Part shown: positions 1 to 9,972 of the stretch, in pieces
How positions within the stretch are numbered: the stretch's first letter is position 1
Layout of the letters: every line of letters begins with the position of its first letter
IMG/VR virus record: IMGVR_UViG_3300009685_000011
Location: 14,767 to 78,766 of that record
Direction: 5' to 3' (one strand)
DNA length: 64,000 bases
Origin: a virus
Taxonomy: Duplodnaviria > Caudoviricetes
Notes under the pieces: generated by a model
Seen by the model: the letters and a program-made list of their open reading frames with translations, nothing else
What the model was told of the DNA's origin: nothing
Databases searched by the model: none
Program-made: the position numbers and the translations under genes

Positions 1-3000
1 GAAGAAGCAATTGAAGAAGCAACAAGATTAGTTAATATAAAAAAAGATAATAATCAAAACAAATTTCTTCAACTCTTAAACAAAGATAATCAATGGGTTA
101 CATTCTTCACCCGATCAATTATCCAGGACAGTGCTAAAAGAGGTTATGAAAAAGTACTGTTTCCAACAGGTAATACTGCTGCTAAAATAGAGGGACATAC
201 TACTATAGAAGAAGAAGAAAGAACAATTAAAGAAGATATAGAAAAGATAAAAAAAGGTGACATTGAAACATTACGCAATAAGACAATTTCAGAAACCACT
301 TCTCCAAAAGTAGAAAATCAACACGATTACCAAGGAACAACTAAAGAAGGAGAGAATTTTGTAAATTTAGATCGCACAAAGGGTTACAGCGCTCCAAGGC
401 ATTTACATAGATTTACATTAGAAGATTTAGACAATCCTAATTTTGAAGAAAGGTATATATATTTTGAACCTACCAGAGATATAGTACATGAATACAGTTA
501 CGCGATAAGAGAAAACGGAAAGTATTATAAAAGCGTCGGGTTTATGGAAAGAGAAGAAATTACCAAAGAAGAATTTATTGAGTTGTATAAAGTAGAAAAA
601 GAAAAACTCGATAAATTAATTAATAGCAAATTACTTAAAAATCAAATTGAATACTTAGAAAACAAATTAAAGTATCTTAATACACACGGGTTTGGCGCAT
701 TACAACCTATTTTTAAATTCTATGAAGAAACAGTAGGTAATATTCTTAAAAAGAATTATAAAGATAAAGTCAATCGTATTACTGATGAGTATGGCAATCA
801 GTGGTGGGAACTTAATATAGATAGAAGTAGGGATTTAACTGATATAATGTTTCAATTTGAATCTTCTCAACTACCCATCGAAGTAACACCAGAACTAAAG
901 TCTACATTAGAACAGTTTGCTAAAAAACTAAACCCAGACTTTAAAATAGAAGTTCTTGATGACCTACTTAAAACTAAAGGATTAAACGGTATTGCTAACT
1001 TAAAGAACTTTTCTATTCAACTTCAAAGAGGTAAAGAGTCAGCCTTAGCCGAAGAGGTAAGTCACTTTCTAATAGAGTTGATGGAAGATTCCAACCCTCT
1101 TAAACAAACTATGAGGGACGAGATCACAAGAACTCGACTCTACAAAATGGTTAGAAATAGTCCTGACTACAAGCAAGCCTATGGTAATAACGTAGATTTA
1201 CTTAAGAGGGAAGCAATGGCTAAACTTGTCAGTTTGTATCTAACTGATAAAGAATTATTTAAATACTATAGTGGGTCTGACTCTTTGGTAGAAAATCTTG
1301 TAAGGTGGATCAAAGACTTCTTTAGATGGGTAAAAGGAAAGTCTTCTTCAATTGGTTCTTTTATTAAGGCTGCTGAAAAAATAGTAAACCTTGACACCGA
1401 AGGATTAACAAGAGATAGAAACCTTCTTGTAGAGCAAATGTATTCTTTTGGAGAATTTGCTCAAGAGTCTACCGTACTTACTACAGTGGGTAATTTAAAT
1501 ACTCGTCTTTACAATAAGGTCTACATAAATATCAGTGATACAGTACTTGACTCCAGTAATTATTTCTCTGGTTCCGAAAGCGAAAAGAAATCAGTATTAA
1601 TGGGAGAAAATCCTGAAACACTTAAAGAGTTTTTTGCAAATGCTGACTTTACTCACTTGGGTAGAGAACTTGTAGACAAAGTAAGCACTCAAGGAATTAC
1701 TAACGTAGAATTTTATACGTCTCTTCCTTATGATGAGGTTTTAGTTGAAAGGTTTGATTACGCTTTTCCTGGAGCAGAGATTCACTTCTTAAATAAAAGA
1801 CAACTTCTTGAAGATGAGGATGGAAATCTGATAGAAGTAATAACTAACACTACAGAAGACTTCTTGAACAAGTCTAAAGAGTCAGGAGAAAAAGCAGTCT
1901 TTATAGATAACAAACCTCCTACCAGAGAATTAAACATCGAGTATAGAAACTATCGAAACAGCAGGGCTAAGGTTTACGAATCTTTCTTGGATAGAATTCG
2001 TAGAAAAGATTCTTCTGAACAAGACAAACTAAAACTTGACACTCTAATTCAAGAACTTAAACAAGCAAACAAAGAGCCTCTTGTTGAAAAAATTAAACAA
2101 GCGTTTAATATCGTTAAAAGAGAGGTCAGGGGAATTCAATCTTTGGAAAGAAGACTTGAATCTCAAGGTCTTGAAGAAGATGAGTCTATGTCTTTATTTA
2201 GAGATGAAGGAGACATTCTTCTTCCTGAAAATAAAGCACGTCAAGGTTTAGATTTACTTGATAAGGTAGAACGCTACGAAGAACTGTTACTGACGTATGT
2301 AGGTACAATAGAGTCTGTTACTGAATTTTTTAAAAGGAGAAATGCTTCTAATTACGAAGCAATCAAAGATAGGCTCTTATCAGGAACTCAAGAAAATCTT
2401 GACATAGCAATTCAAGAACTTTCGTTTGTTACTAAAATGGGTAACAAGTGGAAAGACTACGTAAACAAACTTAGAGAAGTGATTCGAGATACACCTAACA
2501 CCAGACTTTTATACGATCTGTTGGGTGATCTGGTTACTCAAATTGATACTTCGAAAGACAAAAGTAGAAGTCTCGCAGTTCAAGTAATAGGTAATAAACT
2601 CGCGCCTGCTCTTGAAGTTTATAATTCTAATAGACAAGCGGATGCCAAAGAAATGTCTGAAAGACTTGAAGAAGAAACAGATGAAGACAATAAAAAAAGA
2701 ATGCAGAAGTCTATTGAATTTCTTGAAAGACAAACCACAGCAGAAGATATTATTGACATTCTCAACGGAGAAGTTAAGGATATAACTCCTTTGACAGTAT
2801 GGATAGAGCCACTTGCTAATACTTCAGACCCTTTAATAGCGTCCTTGGAAAAATTGCTTATTAAGTCTCAACTTGAAGTAGAAGTAGGTGAAATAGCACA
2901 GGCTCAAGAATTAGGAGAACTTGTTACCAAAGAAGAAAAAATAGTTTCTACTAAAGAATGGCAAGACAAAATCTTATACCTTGACAAGGTATATGTATGG

Positions 3001-6000
3001 GAAGGTTCTGGAGAAGAACGTAAAAGAGTTACTAAAGATGCCTGGACTTTCTTACATCCTTTTAAAAACGAATGGAAGAAAGAAGAAAAAGAAATAGAAA
3101 TGCTTCAGTTCAAAGACAAATGGGTAAAAGCACTTCAAGACAACAGTGTTAGCGAAGAAAGAAGAGAAGAACTTAAAAAGGAATACTTTAAAAAGAGAGA
3201 AGAACTTGAAAACTTTCTTAATTTAAATTGGCACCGTGAGTACTTACCAGAGTACTACTCAAAGTACAATGAACTTACACCTGATGAAAACTCAAAAGAA
3301 CTTCTTGATGAAGTAAAAATGCTTCAACAGTCTTTGTTTAGTCAAATTGAAAACCTCGCACTTGAAGCAAGGACTCAAGAAGGAAAAATACTAAGAGACA
3401 CAAATCACAAGATTGAAGTTCTTAAAACAGAACTTAAACTTTTAAAGAACGAATTTTACCCTGACGGTACTCCTAAGACAGGAAAAGAACTTGAGATAGC
3501 AAAACTTCTTCAAAAGAAATCTGAAATAGATCGTAGGTTTTATGATTATGACTATGACTATGCTCGCTTTAGAGGAGACTTTCATATTTTTATGGAAACC
3601 TTAAACCTTCCAGAAGACGTAAAAGAAACTCTTCGTCTTAAACTCAAAGACAATAACTTTACTGAAGTCTATAGATACGCTCGTAAAAAGAACCTCTTTT
3701 CGATTACTAATTGGTTGGATGACAACGCAGTAACCCGGTATCACCCTGACTGGTATGAGCAAAGAAAAAACATATCCGAGCAGATAAGTTCTATTAGTGA
3801 GCAGATCATAGACATTACAGGTGCTCCTTATAAAGTAAGACTGAATGAAATATGGCAGGAACTGTTTGGACTTACTTCTTATCTTAGGGATGAAGATGGT
3901 ATTTTTGATGGTATAATGGCAAGCACTACCGTTCAGTCCAAAGTTCAAGAATTGGATACTGAAATAGAAAGAATCAGAGAATTAACAAGAGAACACAATA
4001 AAGACATTAAAACCCCTATCCTCAAGGAGTTAAGAGAACAGTTGTCTGATCTCATAAAAGAGTTGGATGACATTCAATCTAAAAAAGTAACCGATTCTTA
4101 TAAAGATCACTTTAATGAATTAATACGAGAATCAGGATTCGCTGATATTCATAACAAAGACACCAAAACTATTTGGATAGAAGGTATCAACATTCTTGAA
4201 TTTATCAATTACGAGTCTTTTCAAAAAACTCTAAAAGAAAATCCAGAGCATCCTTTTTCAGTGTGGTTTAATAATAACCACTTTAGAAAAACTTATTTTG
4301 AAAATGGAGATGCTTACAAAGCATGGACACCTACTTACATCTGGTTTAAGATAGAACCTTCTGATAAAAAATACGTATTACTAAGTCCTTCTTTTAAATA
4401 TTCAAAGAGAATAGTTAAAAAAGAATGGGAAACAAAGAAAACCGAACTTACTTATAACTCTGCTTTGGATGAGTGGAATCCTAAATCTGAAGAATTTTTT
4501 AATCCTGATTATAACAAACTTTATTTAAGTAGTGACCCTAAAGACAAGGCTTCTTTAAGAATTCTTAAAGCCCTCACAGACTATCATCTTACAACACAGG
4601 CTTCTACGAGTGTAAGAGAAGGACAAATAGGTTACACCCTTCCTTACATTAAAAAACAAATGTACGAACCTGGTTATCTTAAGAGCCTCAAAAGGGATTT
4701 CTTTGACACTTCCAATAGATTTGAAGAAGGAGCGGGTAACTTTGACGATCAGGTTAAAAAAACAAACTGGCTTCAAAAAAACAAGACTAAAATTCTAAAT
4801 TTCTGGAACAATCAGGAGCAAGAAGAAGACACTCAAGAAGAGTCACAAAAAATAATGAGAGTGGCCGTACCATTTACTCATTACCTTGAGCCAGAGAATA
4901 CTTCGAAGGATGCTTTAATGAGTGTTATCAGATATTCTGCTTCTACCAGAAAAGCAGACAAGATGATGAAAAGCCTACCTCTTATTAACTTGATTGAGGA
5001 TTCTATTCTTAATTCTCCAAGGATGAAAAAAGGCAAACCTGCAAATCCTAACTCACACAGGATAGCAGCCTTAAAGTTTGCCAAAGAGAATATGATCTAT
5101 GGAATCAACCAGAGATACGAAGTAGGTAAACCTGTGGAGAACGTAATGAGAACTATTCGTAAAATAAACACAATAGGTTCATTAGGTTTTAATATAGGCA
5201 ACGTTCTCAAAAACAATCTTCAAGGTAGAATTCAGAATGTCATAGGTGGAACTTTTGGAGATTGGTCTTCTAATAAGTCTATGTATAAGGCTTCGATGAA
5301 CCCAAAGACTAACTACGCCTGGTATGTATCTCAAGCAGAAAAACCTCTTGCACAAAGAGACAGAGACTATCATATTATTTCGTGGTTAAATCCTTCGATG
5401 GACACGAACATTTTTGATAATTTAATCCAAGGCTCTACTAAAAGAAATCTTGGAGACAAGAATATAATGATGTTCAACGAAGTCATGGAGTTTAGTATCA
5501 GTGTGAATCTAATGTATGCAAGACTTTATCACGTCAAAGTAGTTAATGAAAAAGGAGAACAGAAACTTCTCTACGATATTCTCGACACCTCAAGTGGTAA
5601 AATGACAGTACTTCCAGGGTGGAAAGATAAAAAAACTGGAAGAGCAATTGACATGGACTACATGATGGAAACAAAACTGGCATATAGAACAGTTGCGGAA
5701 TATGTTCAGGGTAGAGTATCTCAAAAAACCCTACTTAGTTCTACCACAATAGGTCAATCGGTGCTTTACTTTAAGAACTGGCTTATTCCTATGCTTAGAA
5801 GAAGATTTGATTCCAAGAGAGCCAACTATATGTTGGGAGAAGATCTTGAGGGTTATTGGAGAGTATTTGGTAGAATGTCTTTACTTATGTTGAGAGACCT
5901 TCTTAAAACAGCCAAAGTAAACTGGCATACCTATACACCTCAAGAACAAAGAGATTATGCTATTGCTTTAAAAGAAATAGCATTTATGATTACTTCTCTT

Positions 6001-6447
6001 ATCGTCTTGTCGTTGGTGTTTGGATTTGAAGCAGATGACCCCGATAAGTTTAAGAAACTTAAAAAGAATTCTTTTGCTGAAAACTATGCTCTTCTGATGA
6101 TGATTCAGGCTAAGAATGAAACAGAAGCACTGTCTCCATTTCCTTTTGCTAATGTGGAAAAATCTTTGGTTCCTCCAGTACTTACTGAAGGTGTCAAGTG
6201 GTTTAAGAATCCTACAATAGGTCTTTCTATCATAGACAACACTTGGAAAACAACTAATGCTGCTTTTGATTTACTTTTTGGTAGAGAAAGTGCATATTAC
6301 GATAGAAACATGCCACAATTTGATATAGAGAAAGGTGATACTAAATTGTGGAGACAGTTTGCTAAAATTACACAGTTTGATGACATTCTTCTAAACGACG
6401 ACCCTGAACAAAAAATTAGAAGTGTAATCAATAACATGAAACGATAA
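1..6447 (+). CDS. Giant virion cargo/ejection-type protein, 5'-truncated (>2148 aa), crAss-like large polyvalent protein
   Basis: Frame 1 has no stop from base 1 (EEAIEEATRL...YKSVGF) into the tracked ATG at 544, so the ORF starts outside the window. Contains a zincin-like EEVSH motif (1051-1065), long helical/coiled-coil stretches, and a C-terminal region (TTIGQSVLYFKNWLIPMLRRRF...EGYW plus a hydrophobic helix near 5977-6027) resembling crAss-like cargo proteins. Family call is from recall. Confidence 0.8.
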   Translation, partial: EEAIEEATRLVNIKKDNNQNKFLQLLNKDNQWVTFFTRSIIQDSAKRGYEKVLFPTGNTAAKIEGHTTIEEEERTIKEDIEKIKKGDIETLRNKTISETTSPKVENQHDYQGTTKEGENFVNLDRTKGYSAPRHLHRFTLEDLDNPNFEERYIYFEPTRDIVHEYSYAIRENGKYYKSVGFMEREEITKEEFIELYKVEKEKLDKLINSKLLKNQIEYLENKLKYLNTHGFGALQPIFKFYEETVGNILKKNYKDKVNRITDEYGNQWWELNIDRSRDLTDIMFQFESSQLPIEVTPELKSTLEQFAKKLNPDFKIEVLDDLLKTKGLNGIANLKNFSIQLQRGKESALAEEVSHFLIELMEDSNPLKQTMRDEITRTRLYKMVRNSPDYKQAYGNNVDLLKREAMAKLVSLYLTDKELFKYYSGSDSLVENLVRWIKDFFRWVKGKSSSIGSFIKAAEKIVNLDTEGLTRDRNLLVEQMYSFGEFAQESTVLTTVGNLNTRLYNKVYINISDTVLDSSNYFSGSESEKKSVLMGENPETLKEFFANADFTHLGRELVDKVSTQGITNVEFYTSLPYDEVLVERFDYAFPGAEIHFLNKRQLLEDEDGNLIEVITNTTEDFLNKSKESGEKAVFIDNKPPTRELNIEYRNYRNSRAKVYESFLDRIRRKDSSEQDKLKLDTLIQELKQANKEPLVEKIKQAFNIVKREVRGIQSLERRLESQGLEEDESMSLFRDEGDILLPENKARQGLDLLDKVERYEELLLTYVGTIESVTEFFKRRNASNYEAIKDRLLSGTQENLDIAIQELSFVTKMGNKWKDYVNKLREVIRDTPNTRLLYDLLGDLVTQIDTSKDKSRSLAVQVIGNKLAPALEVYNSNRQADAKEMSERLEEETDEDNKKRMQKSIEFLERQTTAEDIIDILNGEVKDITPLTVWIEPLANTSDPLIASLEKLLIKSQLEVEVGEIAQAQELGELVTKEEKIVSTKEWQDKILYLDKVYVWEGSGEERKRVTKDAWTFLHPFKNEWKKEEKEIEMLQFKDKWVKALQDNSVSEERREELKKEYFKKREELENFLNLNWHREYLPEYYSKYNELTPDENSKELLDEVKMLQQSLFSQIENLALEARTQEGKILRDTNHKIEVLKTELKLLKNEFYPDGTPKTGKELEIAKLLQKKSEIDRRFYDYDYDYARFRGDFHIFMETLNLPEDVKETLRLKLKDNNFTEVYRYARKKNLFSITNWLDDNAVTRYHPDWYEQRKNISEQISSISEQIIDITGAPYKVRLNEIWQELFGLTSYLRDEDGIFDGIMASTTVQSKVQELDTEIERIRELTREHNKDIKTPILKELREQLSDLIKELDDIQSKKVTDSYKDHFNELIRESGFADIHNKDTKTIWIEGINILEFINYESFQKTLKENPEHPFSVWFNNNHFRKTYFENGDAYKAWTPTYIWFKIEPSDKKYVLLSPSFKYSKRIVKKEWETKKTELTYNSALDEWNPKSEEFFNPDYNKLYLSSDPKDKASLRILKALTDYHLTTQASTSVREGQIGYTLPYIKKQMYEPGYLKSLKRDFFDTSNRFEEGAGNFDDQVKKTNWLQKNKTKILNFWNNQEQEEDTQEESQKIMRVAVPFTHYLEPENTSKDALMSVIRYSASTRKADKMMKSLPLINLIEDSILNSPRMKKGKPANPNSHRIAALKFAKENMIYGINQRYEVGKPVENVMRTIRKINTIGSLGFNIGNVLKNNLQGRIQNVIGGTFGDWSSNKSMYKASMNPKTNYAWYVSQAEKPLAQRDRDYHIISWLNPSMDTNIFDNLIQGSTKRNLGDKNIMMFNEVMEFSISVNLMYARLYHVKVVNEKGEQKLLYDILDTSSGKMTVLPGWKDKKTGRAIDMDYMMETKLAYRTVAEYVQGRVSQKTLLSSTTIGQSVLYFKNWLIPMLRRRFDSKRANYMLGEDLEGYWRVFGRMSLLMLRDLLKTAKVNWHTYTPQEQRDYAIALKEIAFMITSLIVLSLVFGFEADDPDKFKKLKKNSFAENYALLMMIQAKNETEALSPFPFANVEKSLVPPVLTEGVKWFKNPTIGLSIIDNTWKTTNAAFDLLFGRESAYYDRNMPQFDIEKGDTKLWRQFAKITQFDDILLNDDPEQKIRSVINNMKR

Positions 6448-6514
6448 TTAAGACATCATCAAAGTGATGACATAATTTGATTCCGTTTACCTATAAAAAG
6501 TATTATTTTTAGAT

Positions 6515-6736
6515 ATGAATACAAATTTGATAATTAACCTTGAAGAAACAATTAATAATCTTCAACGTCAGGTTGATGAATTAAAACAAGTAGCAAGAAC
6601 CACTATTATTCCTTCGTATACTGAAACAGAAAGAGATGCGCTAACCCCTAAAAAAGGTTTAGTAATTTGGAATGAAACTTCTTCTTCTCTTCAGATATAC
6701 GATCCTGTTAATGAAACTTGGACAGACGCTAACTAA
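6515..6736 (+). CDS. Small virion-associated protein (73 aa; N-terminal coiled coil, tail-fibre-like C-terminal motif)
   Basis: Intact ORF in the late operon; YTETERDAL...KGLVIWN...LQIYD resembles short repeats in phage tail proteins. Confidence 0.6.
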   Translation: MNTNLIINLEETINNLQRQVDELKQVARTTIIPSYTETERDALTPKKGLVIWNETSSSLQIYDPVNETWTDAN

Positions 6737-6771
6737 TTTATAAACTTTAAAACAAAAAAAAACTAACAAAG

Positions 6772-7095
6772 ATGGCAAACAGACCAGAATGGGTATTTAA
6801 TTTAGGTACCTACGCAAAGAAAAAAGGTGGCAAACAACCTGGACTTGATCTTAAAAGAGCAACTTTTGATTTGCTTCAGAATCAGTCAATGGTAGCAACT
6901 ACAGATTGTTGCACTTATTATCCAACATTTCCAGTATTGGTTGTAGCCGATGCTACTGCTCCCACAGAAACAGAGATGGCAGGTGTTCCTATTGGGGGGA
7001 TATTTATTGCTAAAGAAAGCCTGACTGCTACAGATTGGTACATTTGGATGAAAGACGCTGCTGATAGTGCATTTGACTTTGGTAACAACGCTTAA
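6772..7095 (+). CDS. Hypothetical virion protein (107 aa)
   Basis: Intact ORF with A-rich leader typical of SD-less Bacteroidota translation starts. Confidence 0.65.
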   Translation: MANRPEWVFNLGTYAKKKGGKQPGLDLKRATFDLLQNQSMVATTDCCTYYPTFPVLVVADATAPTETEMAGVPIGGIFIAKESLTATDWYIWMKDAADSAFDFGNNA

Positions 7096-7140
7096 TCTAA
7101 TTGACAATCCCCCACGTTAAATAGAAGTCAAGCACTACAA

Positions 7141-7368
7141 ATGGAAAACAGAACTCTTGTGGAACTATCTCTCGTTGCTACTCCTGTAATGTTGGGCATT
7201 ATTGCTTTTTTCTTAAGATCTCTATACACAAGGTTTGGAGACTTGGAGCAAGAAGTAAAAAAATCCTTAATTGATAGCGCGACCTATCAACAGAAAGTCA
7301 TTCAACTTGAAAAAGAAGTTGAAGAGATCAAAAGGATTGTTTACGAATTCATTAAAAAACACATTTAA
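7141..7368 (+). CDS. Single-TM plus coiled-coil protein (holin/anti-holin-like)
   Basis: Hydrophobic N-terminus LSLVATPVMLGIIAFFL followed by a heptad-rich tail; next to a two-TM gene. Confidence 0.5.
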   Translation: MENRTLVELSLVATPVMLGIIAFFLRSLYTRFGDLEQEVKKSLIDSATYQQKVIQLEKEVEEIKRIVYEFIKKHI

Positions 7369-7393
7369 AATTTAAAATTTAAAAATTACAACC

Positions 7394-7699
7394 ATGTCTA
7401 AATTCGAAGGCGCATATAATTTTATTGCTAAATGGATTGCGATTCAACTTGATAAACTCAAGATTGCTAATCCGGTAGTATTTGTAGTTCTCCAATCTTT
7501 GTTGGGTACTCTTCTTGGATTGTTTCTTACCGATACTATTAATCTTCCCAACATCCAATTTCTTGTAAATCTTACTGAAGATTTGGCTACGGATACTATT
7601 GTTGTTGGTATTCTTGGTGCTCTTATGGCAATCATTTCACCACGCACCACCGCTCTTAAAAATGGGACTCTACAAGAAATACCGAAAGAAACCAAATAA
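7394..7699 (+). CDS. Two-TM membrane protein, putative holin
   Basis: Two hydrophobic segments (PVVFVVLQSLLGTLLGLFL; TIVVGILGALMAII) in 101 aa at the end of the late operon. Confidence 0.5.
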   Translation: MSKFEGAYNFIAKWIAIQLDKLKIANPVVFVVLQSLLGTLLGLFLTDTINLPNIQFLVNLTEDLATDTIVVGILGALMAIISPRTTALKNGTLQEIPKETK

Positions 7700-7859
7700 A
7701 CCCAACGGTGTAGATACGACTATATCCAATATGATGGGTTATTCTGGATCAGGTTCTACCAATATGTCTTCTAAAGACTATGGTAAAATAAAATCTAAGG
7801 GAGGTCTTACTAAGGCCAACCAAGTTGTTAACAAGTATCCTAAAAACAAAAAGAAATGA
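7662..7859 (+). CDS. Small Lys-rich peptide (65 aa; start reassigned to ATG 7662)
   Basis: MGLYKKYRKKPNKP...KSKGGLTKANQVVNKYPKNKKK; its TGA overlaps the next ATG (ATGA). Confidence 0.55.
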   Translation: MGLYKKYRKKPNKPNGVDTTISNMMGYSGSGSTNMSSKDYGKIKSKGGLTKANQVVNKYPKNKKK

Positions 7860-7984
7860 AAAAAGGAATCACTAAGGTAAAAAGTGTAATGAACACTGAT
7901 AAACAAAAAACTAAGGGAGGTTATACTAAAGTAAATGCTGTTATGAATACTCCCAAGTATACCAAAAAAGGTAAGGCTTGCTAA
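7856..7984 (+). CDS. Small Lys-rich repeat peptide (42 aa, below ORF-track cutoff)
   Basis: MKKGITKVKSVMNTDKQKTKGGYTKVNAVMNTPKYTKKGKAC; ATGA-coupled to the upstream gene and ends just before the terminator. Confidence 0.6.
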   Translation: MKKGITKVKSVMNTDKQKTKGGYTKVNAVMNTPKYTKKGKAC

Positions 7985-8019
7985 TTAATTTTTAATTTCT
8001 GAACAAAATAAAATTAAGG

Positions 8020-8055
8020 AAGGCTCCTATCTACTCTAAGATAGGAGCCTTTTCT
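8020..8055. terminator. Bidirectional intrinsic terminator at the convergence of late (+) and early/middle (-) transcription
   Basis: 13-bp inverted repeat aaggctcctatct/agataggagcctt with A/T tracts on both sides, exactly at the strand switch. Confidence 0.85.
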
Positions 8056-8063
8056 GTTATCTA

Positions 8064-8387
8064 TTATCTATATTCGTTTAAGTTGTAACAAACAAGTCCG
8101 TCTTCAGGAGCATCTAATATGTCAAAAACAATAGACTGATCTGTTGTAATCGGAACACATTTTTTGTCTATATCAGAAGTTCTAATGAACCCTCGCTGAT
8201 AACCATTTCGATACAAGATACTTAGTTGATCTCCTTCAAACTTATTGGCGAATTCTCGAACAGTCATTTTAATTGTTTCTTTTTTTAATAGAATGGCTTC
8301 TTCCATAGAGATGTTGTTGTAATCTCTCTCTTTTTCAAGAACTTCAACAGGAGTTTCTTGCATTATTTTTTCAACCAACTTTTTCAT
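8064..8387 (-). CDS. Hypothetical protein
   Basis: Intact ORF tiling the minus-strand operon; no motif recognised. Confidence 0.6.
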   Translation of the reverse strand: MKKLVEKIMQETPVEVLEKERDYNNISMEEAILLKKETIKMTVREFANKFEGDQLSILYRNGYQRGFIRTSDIDKKCVPITTDQSIVFDILDAPEDGLVCYNLNEYR

Positions 8388-8676
8388 ATATAGTTTTTGT
8401 CTCTGTTACCTCTACTGGTTGAACCTGTGTCCACACAAGAGGTTCGTTATTTTCCCATGTATAACCCTCTCCTCCTTCGAAGATAATAGGTGTTTGCCAA
8501 TAGGTATCAGTAGGAACATGACGAATAATAAAAAGTTCGTGTGCAAACGCTCTTAGTAGTTCGTATCCATCTTCTATACAATCTACGTATTCCCACTCAT
8601 TACTGGCTGCTACTCCTTCTTCTTCGTCAAGCCAGTATAAAATATTATCAAAAGTAATTTGATTAAGTTCTTTCAT
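8371..8676 (-). CDS. Hypothetical acidic protein
   Basis: Intact ORF overlapping its neighbours. Confidence 0.65.
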   Translation of the reverse strand: MKELNQITFDNILYWLDEEEGVAASNEWEYVDCIEDGYELLRAFAHELFIIRHVPTDTYWQTPIIFEGGEGYTWENNEPLVWTQVQPVEVTETKTIYEKVG

Positions 8677-8678
8677 AT

Positions 8679-8897
8679 TTAAATCTCTATTTCTTTTACA
8701 GTTTTAATAGGTACATGATATCTTTTCTTTAATTCGTCTATTAACTCTTTTTCAGTACCCCTTCTTAATAATACACTTTTATTTCCATTAATACCACAAT
8801 GAATTTCATAGTAAAATAAATCCCAAAACAAAAATCTACTTGAGGCGTAGTACCAGACTTCATCATAGGTTTCAATTCTATGAATTTTAATTTTCAT
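8679..8897 (-). CDS. Hypothetical protein
   Basis: Intact ORF, ATGA-coupled. Confidence 0.6.
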   Translation of the reverse strand: MKIKIHRIETYDEVWYYASSRFLFWDLFYYEIHCGINGNKSVLLRRGTEKELIDELKKRYHVPIKTVKEIEI

Positions 8898-9718
8898 AGT
8901 TTATAAAATTTTACAAATTGTTTTACTTGCTCGTTTAAGTACTCCAGATTTTTGCTGTTGTCAAAAACCCAATCCCATTGTTTGTAACTATCAAGTTCTG
9001 TTTCACTTGGGTGATTTCCTGATTGTTTATCTGTCTCAGGTCTTGTCACTTTAACTACTATACCACCTCTGTCTTTAACAGCCTTAAGTTCATTTCTAAA
9101 CCTAAGATCAGAAATTATCCATTTAGGAAGTTCAGGAGGGTGTTGCAATTCATCGTTTTCAGAAACTTCATAAATACCTTTGTTTTTATACCAATAATTA
9201 TTTTCATAAGAAGACTTGTACTGAGAAAACAAAGACTTAACCCACACATCAGGATGTATTTTTGCTCTAAACAAATCAGTACCGATATACTGTAAAAAAT
9301 AACGAACAGTAGGTATAAATTCTGTAGTGTTTACATTATAAATACCTACTTCTTCGTACAAATAATTACTATAATCATTTGCTTCTTCCTTTGAAGCAAA
9401 CAAAGCCTCTCCTTCTTCTTTAAATCCTGACCAGTCTAATTTCCACACTTTCCAATCTGATAATTCTTGTGATTTAACTTCTTCTTTTTCAAGGTCTTTT
9501 AAAGAAATACCTGTTATAAGACTTACAATCTCTTTAATAGGAGTTGCAAATTTTTTGTTTTTCCAATCTCCAAGATTGTCAAAATCACCATTCCATTCTA
9601 CAAGCGAAGTAACTATAGAATCTTTAAACCAACTATCGTCTTTGCAAGTATGATATTGAATCAATTTAGTCAGAGTGTCCTTCCCTGCTGATTTTTTACC
9701 ATGAATAGCAACTATCAT
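8894..9718 (-). CDS. Deoxynucleoside monophosphate kinase (T4 gp1-like)
   Basis: N-terminal P-loop GKKSAGKD, then RYFLQYIGTDLFR, PDVWV, IISDLRFRNE and HPSE motifs. Confidence 0.85.
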   Translation of the reverse strand: MIVAIHGKKSAGKDTLTKLIQYHTCKDDSWFKDSIVTSLVEWNGDFDNLGDWKNKKFATPIKEIVSLITGISLKDLEKEEVKSQELSDWKVWKLDWSGFKEEGEALFASKEEANDYSNYLYEEVGIYNVNTTEFIPTVRYFLQYIGTDLFRAKIHPDVWVKSLFSQYKSSYENNYWYKNKGIYEVSENDELQHPPELPKWIISDLRFRNELKAVKDRGGIVVKVTRPETDKQSGNHPSETELDSYKQWDWVFDNSKNLEYLNEQVKQFVKFYKL

Positions 9719-9972
9719 TTTTCAATTAAATTTATTCTTCCTTCTAACCAACCAATATAAAAACTTCTCCAATGAAGTTCTTTGATTTGCTGAAGTTGAT
9801 AAGTTAGTGTTTCTTTTAAAGTAGGAGGTACAGGCCTGTTACTTTCGAAACTTTCAATAACACTGTCTTCCCAAAGGTATATAATATTTTCTATACTATC
9901 TTCAAAAGAAGAGTCCTCTTGTAATTCATCAAATCGTTTTCTTGCATCACCTATTAAATCAGTACTGTTCAT
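9715..9972 (-). CDS. Hypothetical protein
   Basis: Intact coupled ORF. Confidence 0.6.
   Translation of the reverse strand: MNSTDLIGDARKRFDELQEDSSFEDSIENIIYLWEDSVIESFESNRPVPPTLKETLTYQLQQIKELHWRSFYIGWLEGRINLIEK

Noticed and set aside
3541-3561. YDYDYDY in the giant protein, resembling the DxDxD catalytic motif of virion RNA polymerases
   Set aside because: It lies in a helical, charged region without the preceding Gly or double-psi beta-barrel context (crAss-like polymerases use DFDID-type motifs); probably a low-complexity TAT-GAY repeat.
2509-5373. Short minus-strand ORFs inside the giant gene
   Set aside because: Antisense shadows of a long coding frame, with F/L/S-rich composition and no motifs.
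7101-7130. TTGACA upstream of the holin-like genes as a sigma70 -35 box
   Set aside because: No acceptable -10 hexamer at 16-18 nt spacing, and the inferred host uses TAnnTTTG promoters.
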